Source: Trypanosoma brucei | Taxonomy: Eukaryota | Direction: 5' to 3' | Length of the DNA: 64,000 nucleotides | Assembly: GCA_000002445.1 (NCBI GenBank) | Contig: CM000208.1 | Location: 1,696,001 to 1,760,000, forward strand | Shown: in pieces, positions 20,940 to 32,682 of the stretch | How the letters are laid out: every line of letters starts with the position of its first letter | Numbering within the stretch: position 1 is the first letter of the stretch | Translations under genes and position numbers: made by a program | Notes under the pieces: generated by a model | Databases searched by the model: none | Told to the model about the DNA's origin: nothing | What the model saw: the letters and a program-made list of their open reading frames with translations, nothing else

Positions 20940-22340
20940 ATGGAAAAGAAAGGATCGGGAAGGGGTGCCGGTGCGCGGGAGAGCAAATCATCCGCTGTTG
21001 CAGCAACTTGCAAGCACCAACACCCCTTGCCACCCTCGAAACCCGGTGGTGTTGAGGGAACAGGTGCCGTTGAGACGGGAACCATCAAGGAGGAAGTGGC
21101 TTCACGTGATAAGATACGGGAACGCCGCAACTGGCTCATTTATGAGCTTTACGTCCGACAGGAATACAGTCAGTGCTGTGCAGTTATTGATGCACAGTTG
21201 GCGGAGTGTAATGGCACATGCGAGTATGCTTTGTTCGTAAAGGGGTTGCTTACGAGGCGGAGTGGCGACTTGACGATATCATTCCAACATTTTCAGAAGG
21301 CGTTGACTCTTAATCCCGGGAGTCCCGCTTGTCTGCAACAGCTCGCTCAAACCTCCCTTCTGCTTGGCAAGTTTTATGAAGCGATCGAAAGTTTCCAGAG
21401 GGCTGAGGAGGCACGTGCAGCACGGGGTTTTAGGAAAGACTGGTCACTGCAATATGGAGTAGGTCTTTGCTACGAGTATATGAGGGAGTACCGGAAGGCA
21501 GAAGAGGCCTTTGTGAGCTCCATGCAGATACAGCGATTTGACTGCACAGTGCTGCGATTGAGTAAAGTTCTTGTATTACAGAAGCAGCACTCGCGCGCTA
21601 TTAGTTTGCTTGAAGAAGCTGTCTTAGGATCTCCTGACAATCCCGATATGCTAACGGTACTGGGTTTGCTTTATCTACGGGTAGACAGACCCGCAAAAGC
21701 CTTCAACTACTTGGGAAGATGCCTAATCTTGAACTCGTCCGACTCTAGGGCAACCATGGCGGCTGCGAGCATTATGCAAGAGAATGGAGAGTTTGGTGTG
21801 GCGCTAAACAAGTACCGAGTGGCCGTGCCAAAGCTTCCATCCTCTGCTTGCCTATGGAGCAATATTGGGATGTGTTTCTTTGGTCAGAAGAACATGCACG
21901 CGGCCGTCGCATGCCTGCGGAGGGCAGCCTCTTTGTCTCCATTTGAGTGGCGTATCGCATACAACCTAGGTCTCGTATTTTTACACCTCAAGCAGTACGC
22001 TTCCGCTTTTCACTACCTTTCTGCATCGACTCACTTGCACGGGAAGTATGCGTTGGCCTTCATGCACATTGGTGTCTGCCTTGCGCTAATGAGCGACTCG
22101 GACAATGCCTGTGCAGCGTATAATCGCGCGATTTCCATACAAGACGATCCACTTATTAGATTGAACTACTGCATCACTCTCGTTCACTGCGGGAAGGATG
22201 CAGAGGCTCGTGATCAGTTAGATAAGTTCATACAGATGAGGGAGCGAGGAAAGGAAAATTCTCAGCAGCATCCACAGCTAGATGTGGGACCAGTCGTTCC
22301 AAGGGCGTTAACCCTCCTTACGGCAAAGCTACGCAAATGA
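20940..22340 (+). CDS. BBS4: Bardet-Biedl syndrome 4 protein homologue (BBSome TPR subunit)
   Basis: There are long colinear matches to BBS4 as I recall it: 'RRNWLIYELYVRQEY..C.AVIDAQLAE..G.CEYALFVKGL', 'DWSLQYGVGLCYEYMREY', 'LGLLYLRVDRPAKAFNYLG', 'AAASIMQENGEFGVALNKYRVA', 'LWSNIGMCFFGQKNMHAAVACLRRAASLSPFEWRIAYNLGLVFLHLKQYASAFHYLSA'. It is built of TPR repeats throughout. Confidence 0.85.
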   Translation: MEKKGSGRGAGARESKSSAVAATCKHQHPLPPSKPGGVEGTGAVETGTIKEEVASRDKIRERRNWLIYELYVRQEYSQCCAVIDAQLAECNGTCEYALFVKGLLTRRSGDLTISFQHFQKALTLNPGSPACLQQLAQTSLLLGKFYEAIESFQRAEEARAARGFRKDWSLQYGVGLCYEYMREYRKAEEAFVSSMQIQRFDCTVLRLSKVLVLQKQHSRAISLLEEAVLGSPDNPDMLTVLGLLYLRVDRPAKAFNYLGRCLILNSSDSRATMAAASIMQENGEFGVALNKYRVAVPKLPSSACLWSNIGMCFFGQKNMHAAVACLRRAASLSPFEWRIAYNLGLVFLHLKQYASAFHYLSASTHLHGKYALAFMHIGVCLALMSDSDNACAAYNRAISIQDDPLIRLNYCITLVHCGKDAEARDQLDKFIQMRERGKENSQQHPQLDVGPVVPRALTLLTAKLRK

Positions 22341-22878
22341 TGAACGTAGGTGACTGCAAGTACAGTGGCGGTATGTGCGTGTGATTGGGAGAGCTATTCT
22401 CATTCGCTGGTGGTGGCACTGAAGAAAGGATCAATGGGGAAGAAGGAAACGGATGTCATACCATGGAGTTTAGGTGATGTGGCAAAGGTAAAGGACATAC
22501 GTCTGTTTGCTTGAGCAGGTCCTCGCGCACGTTGTCGTGCCCGTGAAGCCATCCAGGAAGAATTTCACGCGCGTATAGATACACAACCATATATCCCTAC
22601 TGGAGGATTATAAAAGCATGTTTAGGCTTATACGGGTGAAACGAAGTGAGGAGTGTGGCGGGGCAAAACGCAACTGCCTCCCAAACCCTAGTTTATTCCT
22701 TTTTTTAAACTGTCATCCTGTACCCTCTTCCACATACATAAACTGTTGTTTTCTTTTTGAATGGAACCGGTCGTTGTCGTGCAGCACAATAATTCGCTCG
22801 TTTACTGGAATATCTTTTGCTTTCCACATTACAACGGTGCAAGTGGCGGGAATCAACTAGTAAGGTCTTGTTGAAAAG

Positions 22879-23808
22879 TTGGAGAGGGATAGGGAACAAC
22901 GAAAGGCGATTCGTCAAAGGATGGAGCCACTGGAAAAGCTACAGAGTGAAATCGACCGTCTCAAAAGGGAGATTGCAGTGTTATCGTGTGCAGAAGACGA
23001 AGAGGCCCTCCGTGACATTTATGATGAGTTTCGTATGGATATTAAAGAGCACTACAGCAACTCTATTGGGGTGTATGTCTTGAAGTGCTTCACCGTGCCA
23101 ATTATTGTGGGTATCTGTGTTTTCCTATTTTGGCTCTCGTACGAAAACATTCGCTCGTGGTGGATGCGGAAGTCCGTGACAAAGGGGCTGAACAACATCT
23201 CTATTGTTGCGGATGAAATATCAGAACGCAAACTAACGCAGGCGGCGTGGAGGTCCACGCGCCGGCGTGTCTGCTTTTTCGTAGTGATCAAATGTTTTAT
23301 TGCCGTCACCTGTATTTTCTTCTTTGTTGGAATGCGTTTCCTCATGGAGGCATCAGTACGTGTTTGGTTGAGAAATGTACTTGTACCATCCATGGAAGAA
23401 AACGTGACGGCCTACGATAGCCCAGTGGGTACTAGCAACGATTTCAATCCCATGTCGGGAATCAGATATGAAGTCCACAACTTCCTGGCGTCTCTGCTTG
23501 GCCTTGACTGGGTAAGAGATTTGCAAAGCGTGTATCTGTTTTATCTTTTTGGACCCGGCCTCTTGGCTTTCGGCCTCGGTGTTATGCGCTCTGCTGCGAT
23601 TGATATGATGGCACTTGGCGAGAAATTCAGTTTGCCGTTGGATACACTCAAGATGTACCGCACGAAGAAGAAGGAGGTGTACGATCTGCAGATGCAAAAG
23701 CGTGTGGAGGAAGTGATGACCAAATTATATGCACTTGCCGATCCCTCTATCCCGTTGCTAGAGGAGGACAAGCGCGTGGACGACGAGGAGGAAATGCCGG
23801 GCGAGTAG
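22879..23808 (+). CDS. Hypothetical membrane protein (N-terminal coiled-coil, 2–3 predicted TM segments, acidic C-terminus)
   Basis: A 309-aa ORF with hydrophobic stretches 'VPIIVGICVFLFWL', 'VCFFVVIKCFIAVTCIFFFVG' and 'LFYLFGPGLLAFGLGV'. I recognise no family confidently. Confidence 0.4.
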   Translation: MERDREQRKAIRQRMEPLEKLQSEIDRLKREIAVLSCAEDEEALRDIYDEFRMDIKEHYSNSIGVYVLKCFTVPIIVGICVFLFWLSYENIRSWWMRKSVTKGLNNISIVADEISERKLTQAAWRSTRRRVCFFVVIKCFIAVTCIFFFVGMRFLMEASVRVWLRNVLVPSMEENVTAYDSPVGTSNDFNPMSGIRYEVHNFLASLLGLDWVRDLQSVYLFYLFGPGLLAFGLGVMRSAAIDMMALGEKFSLPLDTLKMYRTKKKEVYDLQMQKRVEEVMTKLYALADPSIPLLEEDKRVDDEEEMPGE

Positions 23809-25334
23809 TTGCAGCCGCACTTATTTTTGTTTGGTGTTTCTCCGTTGTAGTTTGTTTGTTTTGTTTGTTTGTAGAATCCCTTCACGGTGAAAATGTACTC
23901 ATCAGCGGCTGTCCATAAGTAAATAATGTGATATGTGCTCCTACACGGACGCGACAAGTTGTCGCTATTTTGGCTTTGTTCCTTCTTCTTTCATTTATGG
24001 ATGCTGACGAGCGGTGTGGGAGAAGTGAGTGAAGAGCAATCGCATGGGGGGAAAAAAGGGAACTGATGTATGCGGTTGGTAGAGGTGGATGTAAACGAGT
24101 GGAGTGGCCGTTTCTGTGTTCCAAAAAAAAAGTTACCGTAAGAAAAGTTTTGGTTTGTGCGCTGTGTTTTATCGTATGGGGCCCAACGGATAAATTCCTA
24201 CCAACTGGTACTGCGCAGTGCGAAAGAAGCATTCCTTTTCTCTTTTGTCTCATTGTAAAAAAAAAAAAAGAAACGAATTTACGTCAAGTTGTGTGTGTGT
24301 GTTTCTGTGTGCGTGCTTATTTGTTTTATATTCTTTCCTCTGTGGTACAGCTTTCTTTGCCTCCCTCTTGACGTTACGCTCGGGAGAGAAAAGGACTCCT
24401 TTCTTCCACAGCGTTTCCGGCGGTACCTTCCCTCATACATGAAGCAGGTAAATTTTATGTACCGACGGCCGGGTGCGGGTCGTGGTGATATACCTCTGAC
24501 CAGTAATGTGTTGTTATTGCGTTTGTTTTATTTTACTTTGTTTATTTGCTTCCCCCATTTAACTTCCTCTTTTCTTTTCTTTTCTTTTTACACCATCCAT
24601 GCTTCTTTTTCATTTCATTCTTATGCAAAAATTCCCTCGACAGGGGCTGTAGTAACATTCGCGATCTCGAGATTTAAAGCTTAATGAGGCTAATAGCTGC
24701 AGATGATATTATTTCTTTCGGTCAGTCTGTGTGCTAAGCTTTCGAGGAGGGGATATCGACAGAAAGTTATGCCTACATGGGTTTCTTGTGTTATATACAT
24801 GTTTAATTGGGCGATGTGCATGTTAAGATACTTCACCTTTACGCAGTTAATGAAATAAGAGGAACTGTGGTGATAATATTGCTGGTTTGGTGCCACGTTC
24901 CTATAGTCACTGGCGGCCGAATGCTGTGGAATGTTAAAACTCCGTTTGTGTAAGCGTACGTGTGTTTGTATTCGACTCTTAATGTGGTATCCAGAGTAAC
25001 ACAAATGCATAAAGGGTGTGGTGTGCAATTTGTTGCAGCACTATTACTTTCCTCTGCAACGAGGAGATGTCAACGTAAAATAAATAAATAAAATAGTAAG
25101 ACTAGATGCTAGCACACTACCACTAACAGTGTGCTTGGCGCACCGTTTCACACCCTTACAACTTTCTGGGTTTCTGATATTTCTTGCGCTTCTCTAAACT
25201 TTTTCTTTTGTGGAGAAGAGTGCCTTTGCACAACCAAAAGTGTGTGCGAAGGAGGGTCTAGTGGTGAAACGGCATAAACAGGTCGTAGCGGAGGAAGGGA
25301 AGGATAATTTGCGCTAAACTGTGGAAAGGGTGAC

Positions 25335-26297
25335 ATGAATCGTACGGGTGGGTCGGTATATGCACATGCGCTATCGCAGTTTGCTGTTTGCAGACAGCCA
25401 TGGAATGAATATATTGGCCTTCTCACAAAGCAGGACTCTACACCTTACCACACAGAACCGCAAGAAAAACCAGCATACAGGGGTCGCAAGCAAGGGCGGG
25501 AGGGATGGCTTTTTGGGCAGCAGGTGCAACTGCACTATCACCGCTTTCCCGACGAACAACTCATCACAAATCTCTCTCGTTGGCGCACCGGTGAGACGGT
25601 AGGAGATATTGCCATGCAACAGTTCCGCAATGCACAACCATTCGACATTGAAGATAAGGACCCACAAGGGGTGCAGAGACCATCACCTGAAGTTTATATG
25701 AAGCTTAACTACAAGAATCCCGCCACCATATCTCGTTTCTTAACTAGGACGGGTCACATGTACCCGGCTGACATTCTTCCACTCAACCCTGAGGCTGTAG
25801 TAAAGCTTCGCGTAGCGAAGGCGCAGGCCATTCGCATTGGCCTCTACCCACGCTTTGGAAACCCTTTCTGGTTTCGCTCGCAAAAATTCAGACCGAAGGC
25901 GTACCAGGAGAATTATGACCCGACGACGTACTCCACAAAGCGCACCGTTGAACATTTTGCGTATAACTGGGTCCAAACCGACCGCATACGGCGCTATTTT
26001 AGGGAACTTGAGGCTGTGCACACGAGCGGTTCTGCCAGTGCCCGTGGCAGTGGTGGTGGCACAACGGCAGAGCACAAGCAGCAGGATCAGTTTTACTCGC
26101 CCGAGAATCAACCGATTTCTCTGCATCGGAATAATATATCGTACATGGAGGATGTTGGGCGCTCAGTGAAGAATCCAACCGTACCGGGACTCATGTCGAC
26201 AAAAGGTATGAAGAAGAAGTTCCACAATCTGTATTCCTCAACATCGACGAAGCGCATGGGTTTCTCGAACCCGACACTGGGTATCAAGAAGGTGTAA
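25335..26297 (+). CDS. Putative mitochondrial ribosomal protein S18-like (bS18m) with long extensions
   Basis: The segment 'KNPATISRFLTRTGHMYPADILPLNPEAVVKLRVAKAQAIRIGLYP' resembles the bS18 core motif (IS.FI.E.GKI.PRR.TG...K.QR.L..AIKRAR.L.LLP). The rest of the 320-aa protein has no recognisable similarity. Confidence 0.45.
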   Translation: MNRTGGSVYAHALSQFAVCRQPWNEYIGLLTKQDSTPYHTEPQEKPAYRGRKQGREGWLFGQQVQLHYHRFPDEQLITNLSRWRTGETVGDIAMQQFRNAQPFDIEDKDPQGVQRPSPEVYMKLNYKNPATISRFLTRTGHMYPADILPLNPEAVVKLRVAKAQAIRIGLYPRFGNPFWFRSQKFRPKAYQENYDPTTYSTKRTVEHFAYNWVQTDRIRRYFRELEAVHTSGSASARGSGGGTTAEHKQQDQFYSPENQPISLHRNNISYMEDVGRSVKNPTVPGLMSTKGMKKKFHNLYSSTSTKRMGFSNPTLGIKKV

Positions 26298-26770
26298 AGG
26301 AGGTCTTATCCGCCTGTGTTTACACAGCTTTCGTCAAAACTCCTCCTATTTGATTATTTTCTGTTTGTTGAAATGATTACGTTTGGTGTCTTCATGCTGT
26401 ATACCTATATATATATAAATATATATTCTTTTTATAGTGACTGCTCCGGCTCTGTCAATCGTATTTGCCCATTTTATTCTGACACACTGTTCTCTTTTTT
26501 TTTTTTCGTAGTGATGTAGTAGTGGTATTTATGCGAAATTTTGACTTGTTGGGGGGACCCCTCATAGTAGCCACCACTGAATAATACACAGTACTCCAAA
26601 GAGGAGTAGAGAAGTTCGTGAATGATGCACTTTCATCTGTAAAACAAGGTCCACTATCTCAAATATGTGAACGGAAGTACAAGTAGGGAGCAAATGTAGC
26701 TGACTATTGCGGCACCAACATGTGTGCACGTAGCTTTGCAAGACCTACTGAGGGTTCGTAAGTGAAGCAA

Positions 26771-26840
26771 TTTTTTTTTTTGTTGTTTCTCTTCTCTCCT
26801 CATTTCCTCATTACCTTTTTTTTCTTTCTGCACTTCTTCG
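26771..26840 (+). promoter_or_regulatory. Long polypyrimidine tract (candidate splice acceptor region) upstream of endonuclease V gene
   Basis: 'ttttttttttgttgtttctcttctctcctcatttcctcattaccttttttttctttctgcacttcttcg'. The long ORF 26762–27955 begins inside this tract, so the true start is downstream. Confidence 0.5.
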
Positions 26841-27004
26841 TACTGCAAGGTGATGCCTCAGTGTGCCCGCGGTTGCTTCTGTGGTGGTGTTTTTCTGTAA
26901 GGTCAAACAATCAACCCTCCGCCTCGTATTTTCCGGCGTCACGGCACCAGAAAGCGAACCTGTTGGGGTTCCTTGCGGGGTACATAAACACAGGAACTGA
27001 ACAT

Positions 27005-27955
27005 ATGGGTGTGGGAGAAATGAGTGAAGTTACCGCGACAAAGTTGGACATGTGGGCTTCCATGCAAAAAAGGTTGGCCGCTGAGGTGTGTGTACCCAAC
27101 ACCAATGGAATGGTGGAACTTTACGAGGAAGGTACTGAGTGTGTAAAGGCTCCACGCGACTCCTTCTTGCTTCCCCACCACCTTGTGGAAGAGTTTGCAT
27201 CTTCTGCAATTGGACCACAACTTGAACGCGATGAACGCCGTCGGGGAAGGCACTCCCCTCCCATTCTCCGCCACGTCGGCGGCGTTGACATATCCTTTAT
27301 TCAGGGAGGTGATACCGCAGTTGCTTGTCTTGCCGTGATGGAGTATCCGTCTATGAAAGTGTGCCGTACTTTTGTTCAGCGTTGTGAGGTCAAGGAACCA
27401 TATATAACGTCTTACCTCGCGTTCCGGGAGGCGGGCCCACTGGTGCAGTTGATTGAGAGCGTACGTGATGAGTTATTTGAAGAGGCATGTTTCCCCCAAC
27501 TTCTACTAGTTGATGGTTGTGGCGTGCACCATCCACTTCGATGTGGACTTGCAAGTCACTTGGGAGTTGTATTGGATATTCCCACCGTTGGATGCGCTAA
27601 GAAGTTCCTGTCGATAGATGGGATTACACGCGACTCTATGGATGCTCGTTTTGCAGAGGAACACACCGTAGCATCACGTCGATTTGAAGGTACATACCTT
27701 TCCAGTAGCTCGGGGGTGTGCGAGGCTTGCTTCGTACCTATAATTGGCGAGAGTGGAAGACTTTGGGGTTATGCGGCTACGCCCAACCGTCGAGTTAAAA
27801 ACCCCATTTTCATTTCGCCTGGGAACCGCGTCGGATATGCAGAGGCCGCAGCGCTGGCTGTTTCCATGTGCAAATATCGTGTTCCCGAACCCATCCGCGC
27901 TGCCGACTTGCACTCGCGTGAGTTTATCCGACGGATTCAACTAAATGAATGCTGA
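27005..27955 (+). CDS. ENDOV: Endonuclease V (deoxyinosine 3'-endonuclease)
   Basis: The EndoV signature is present: 'VGGVDISFIQGGDTAVACLAVMEYPSMKV', 'PYITSYLAFREAGPLVQLIE', 'LLLVDGCGVHHPLRCGLASHLGVVLDIPTVGCAKKFL', 'PIFISPGNRVGYAEAAAL', 'RVPEPIRAADLHSREFIRR'. It parallels human ENDOV (VGGVDVSF...YVSGFLAFREVP...LLVDGNGVLHHRGFGVACHLGV...PCVGVAKKLL...RIPEPVRQADICSREHIR). The start is taken as the ATG at 27005, the first after the pyrimidine tract. Confidence 0.85.
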   Translation: MGVGEMSEVTATKLDMWASMQKRLAAEVCVPNTNGMVELYEEGTECVKAPRDSFLLPHHLVEEFASSAIGPQLERDERRRGRHSPPILRHVGGVDISFIQGGDTAVACLAVMEYPSMKVCRTFVQRCEVKEPYITSYLAFREAGPLVQLIESVRDELFEEACFPQLLLVDGCGVHHPLRCGLASHLGVVLDIPTVGCAKKFLSIDGITRDSMDARFAEEHTVASRRFEGTYLSSSSGVCEACFVPIIGESGRLWGYAATPNRRVKNPIFISPGNRVGYAEAAALAVSMCKYRVPEPIRAADLHSREFIRRIQLNEC

Positions 27956-28447
27956 GCGGCCACGGGACGTTGAACGCTTGTTTCTCATGTATTTTTGCGT
28001 GTAACAGTGGCGGGAAAGAAGAAGAAGAGGAGGCAGAATGGGGGTGTGGCTGAAGAGGTTGGTACCACTAGTTGATGTATTTGAACGCTCTGGGAAGGAG
28101 GGGGAAACACGTTGAGTCATCGCATCCCCCCTTTGCAGTTCTCCTTTTCACTATGTTTTTCCCCACATCCACTTCCGCAGCCAGGAATGGGGATACGCAT
28201 TTCTGGTGTGGTCGTTTTACATCGCTTTCCCTTTCCATGTTCTCCTCTTTGTGGGAACCCGGGGCAGTGTTTGATGGTGGCGTTTGTGCAAACCTACTAG
28301 TTAACTGAGGGTCATTTGTGCATTTATTTTCGAAACAACAACAACAACAAAAACATCAACACCACTTTGCTTTTAAAAAAAAAATGAAAAAATAAGGTAC
28401 ACGAAAAATTCCACAGAAACAGATAGCTTGCCCACGGTTGGTAGGGA

Positions 28448-29545
28448 ATGATATTTTTACTGTTCATAAGCTTTATTGGTTGGGTACTCTGGTCCCTGTA
28501 CTCCCTCTTGTCGTACCGCCGCGTGTCTGTAGCGGGGAAGACTGTGGTGATTACAGGCGGCTCCGTAGGCATTGGAAAGCACCTTGCGCTTCATTTCCTT
28601 CGGCTTGGCGCGACCGTGCATGTATGGGACGACAACAAGGAGAAACTGTCACAGTTGTCTAAGGAGGCACTGCTGATTCCCTCTCCTCGGCCAACCAAAA
28701 GTGCAAACTGTGACACAGAAGGGTTAACGGAAACGAGCGCAAACGAGCTTGAGGGTAACGACTGCTTGAAGACAGTTGTTGTTGATTTGTCCAATCGGTT
28801 TCATCTGCACCGTCTAGTGAAGCAGGTTGGAACCGTCCATATCGTCGTTAATGCGGCACTAAATGTGAGCAGCAAGGCGTTTTTGGACCATGCTGACAAC
28901 GCTATTGAACGCATCCTGCACGTCAACGCTTTGTGCCCCCTTATCCTCGCAAGAGCCTTCCTCCCGGCGATGTTGGAGCGTCGGGACGGGTACTTCGTCA
29001 CTATTACGGATGCGAACGGGTTGCTGGGAAACGCGTCACAGCCGGATTTCGCTGCCTCACAATGGGCGGCCGTTGGTGCGCACGAGAGCATCCAAATGCT
29101 AATTAGAGAAAATGGATGCTGCGGCAAGGTTCGTACGACATTGTTATGTCCGTACAATGTTGTGAGTAGTCAACCAACGTTACTACGGACACCATCACCG
29201 TTCTCTTCTTCTAGAGTAATGAACACAGCAGACGCGGCAAACACCGCAGAGGGGCAGTCAGTAAACACCATAAGGAGGTCTCGTATTCTGGGTTACTTCC
29301 TTTCAATCTTTAGGCGCCCTGTTACCCCGGAGGAGGCGGCAGAGGCCTGCGTTTGGGCCATCACACACGGTGTGGAACGGCTGTATATCCCGTACAGCCT
29401 GCTGTTCCTGACCCTTTTCAGGTTTTTACCGGTTCCGTGGTTTATGTGGGTGATTTCCCCGTCCACCCAAAGTACCAATGTAGAGACCAGCAAGGGGAAT
29501 TGTCCAAGCGAAAGTGACAGTAGCAGGAGTAGTTCGGAGAAATGA
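28448..29545 (+). CDS. Membrane-anchored short-chain dehydrogenase/reductase (SDR) family protein
   Basis: There is an N-terminal hydrophobic anchor (IFLLFISFIGWVLWSLYSLL), then the Rossmann motif 'GKTVVITGGSVGIGKHLA' (TGxxxGxG), and an NAALN-like 'VVNAALNVS'. The catalytic Tyr/Lys region is less clear. An Ser-rich C-terminal tail follows. Confidence 0.65.
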   Translation: MIFLLFISFIGWVLWSLYSLLSYRRVSVAGKTVVITGGSVGIGKHLALHFLRLGATVHVWDDNKEKLSQLSKEALLIPSPRPTKSANCDTEGLTETSANELEGNDCLKTVVVDLSNRFHLHRLVKQVGTVHIVVNAALNVSSKAFLDHADNAIERILHVNALCPLILARAFLPAMLERRDGYFVTITDANGLLGNASQPDFAASQWAAVGAHESIQMLIRENGCCGKVRTTLLCPYNVVSSQPTLLRTPSPFSSSRVMNTADAANTAEGQSVNTIRRSRILGYFLSIFRRPVTPEEAAEACVWAITHGVERLYIPYSLLFLTLFRFLPVPWFMWVISPSTQSTNVETSKGNCPSESDSSRSSSEK

Positions 29546-30540
29546 GCAAGCAACTTCTGCTCCCACTACGTTGAGATCTGTCGTTGTTGTGTCTTTGGCT
29601 GTGATAATTTGGTTGGTCGTGCAATGGCTGGTGCAGTTGGTTTCGTATTTCAGTGTGGGTTTGGGGGAAATAGATGATGTTGCAGGACGTTTTTTTTTTT
29701 GTATTTACAAGTGATTGGGAATACTTCGACCAATATTTATCTCTTCCGACAGGGTTATCGACGAGAGGCGACGGGCATGAATCTTGTGGCCACGAGTAGT
29801 TGCTTTTTTATCCTTTGGTTGTCCTTAAGAGCGTATGTGGCAGTCTAAGTGCTCTTTCACTTTCGATTTGCATGGGCTTTTCAGCTCCACAAATTTCTTT
29901 TTCTTTTATATAAATGTCGGGGATCACATGGAGAAGGATGGCGACGATGAGCGATTGCGTTCGTATCCTGCGTTGGTGGTTATTCAATTTACAACTGGAT
30001 TTATGGCTAGTGCATGTACCCTGATGTGGCTCGTGGTGGCGTGGGAGTTGTTCACATTAGGGCCAATGAATTTGTTAATAGCCGTGCGCGGAAGCACGTA
30101 TCGTTTACTCCGATCTTTCGAGTGCATATGTGCTGTATTGCTGAAAAGGATGGATATGTGTTTGATTTAGGTTTAGATGGACTAGGGTCATTTCCGTACC
30201 GCGGTAGTTGGGGGGATGGGCTCTCACCTCACTTTGGAGTGTGTTTTATTGTTCTATCCTTTACTGATGCAGTGACTTTTTAAAATCCTTCCCCTATCGT
30301 TTTTCTTTTCGTTGCAGTTAGAGGTGAAGTCGCAGTCCTTTCGTTTGTTTTGCCGTCACGTGGGGTAAACATGAGAGAGCTGCGCACGGAGAGCTTGGTT
30401 GATGTTTGCCACGTGTTGTTTTCCCATCTGCGTGGGAAGCTAATACTTGGTGAAAGTGGGGTACATGAGCATGGGGAAAGAGGCATTAGGTATGGCATGT
30501 GTAGAGCTGCACTTTGGTGTATACTTGAAGCCCAGTCTGC

Positions 30541-30580
30541 GAGTGTGTGTGTGTGTGTGTATGTGTGTGTGTGTGTGCTT
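30541..30580. repeat. (TG)n microsatellite
   Basis: 'gagtgtgtgtgtgtgtgtgtatgtgtgtgtgtgtgtgc' lies upstream of GAPDH. Confidence 0.9.
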
Positions 30581-30725
30581 TCTTTGTTAATTTTGGCTCC
30601 ATTTTTTCTTTTTCTTTTTTTTCATTGCATCCTTCCGAAACGTGTGCACTGGTGTCTGCACACACGTTTGGCACCTTGTGGCTGTGGGGAAGATTCCATA
30701 ATTTGACAGCTCCAAAAACAATTAA

Positions 30726-31748
<1,023 letters not shown>

Positions 31749-32367
31749 GAAAGTGGGCTTTTAGCCACTTCTTTTCTTTTTTGTTGCGTTTTACCCCCTA
31801 CTCATCAAGGTAAAATGCTCTCGCTTCAAACATTCAACCCGAAAGCAACCACGACGAGTGCCAATAGGAGATTGGCCGGGGGAAGCAGGAGGTACTTATA
31901 TCTTTTTCAATTCAACAAATTTATGGGGATATAACGCGCAATTTGTGGAGTTCTGTGACACAATTAAAAGGGGTCAGTTTTTTTTGTTTTTCTCTTGCAT
32001 CAAACAATACCCTCCAGGAAAATTAAAGCGGCGGGAGATTATAGCTAAGTGACTTCACAGAGGCACCAAAGGATGCCGTTAGCACAAAAAAACAGATTTC
32101 ATATGTACTACATGTCACACGAAAAAAAAAGAGAGTTAATTTCAGGAGTAGTATACTAAAAGAGCAGCCAAAAAACCAGAATAAAATGAGGAAACTTTTG
32201 ATACAAACACAAGAAAAAGTTTGTACGCCATTATTTGCTTAAATTTATCAAACATCAGATACAACCCGTTAGTATTAAACCCAGCCTGCGACAATTGCAA
32301 CACAACATTTAAAAATGTTCTCTCCTTATTTCATAACGAAAAGTGAAGTGCACAACACAGCACCAAC

Positions 32368-32682
32368 GCTGATAGAACATCAGGCAGCAAGGGTGACGCT
32401 ACTGCCAAATGCGCCATAAGTGATGCCTACACGAGGAGTGCCATTAAGGCTTTTGCCTCCAACTTTCCAGAGGAACTGAACCGCGTTTTCATAGCCCATG
32501 GGTTGCTTGACGAGAACGTTCACTTCTGTCACACGAGCGTTGTGGTTAATGCCATGATCGACGCGGGCAAACCGTGCTGCAGCGTTGTTTACCCTGGTGA
32601 GCGCCACTCCCTTCGGAAGAAGAAGGCATCGCGACTACACCATGACGCGATGCTCGCAAAGACACTTATGGAGGTGCTTTAA
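32368..32682 (+). pseudogene. Relic 3'-terminal fragment (last ~100 codons) of the DPP8-like serine peptidase gene, a duplicate of 42103–42417
   Basis: Nucleotides 32368–32682 are essentially identical to the last 315 nt of the peptidase CDS at 39865–42417 (…DGTSGSKGDATAKCAISDAY…LAKTLMEVL*). Upstream of 32368 the similarity stops and there is no ORF continuation. Confidence 0.8.

Noticed and set aside
20648-21055. A 135-aa + strand ORF immediately upstream of and overlapping the BBS4 start
   Set aside because: It lies in the pyrimidine-rich processing region and overlaps the BBS4 ATG out of frame. It has no conservation signal and is likely UTR.
26762-27004. N-terminal 81 aa of the long ORF preceding the EndoV core (MKQFFFLLFLFSPHFLITFFFF...)
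   Set aside because: This is translation of the polypyrimidine splice-acceptor tract, and the start was moved to ATG 27005.
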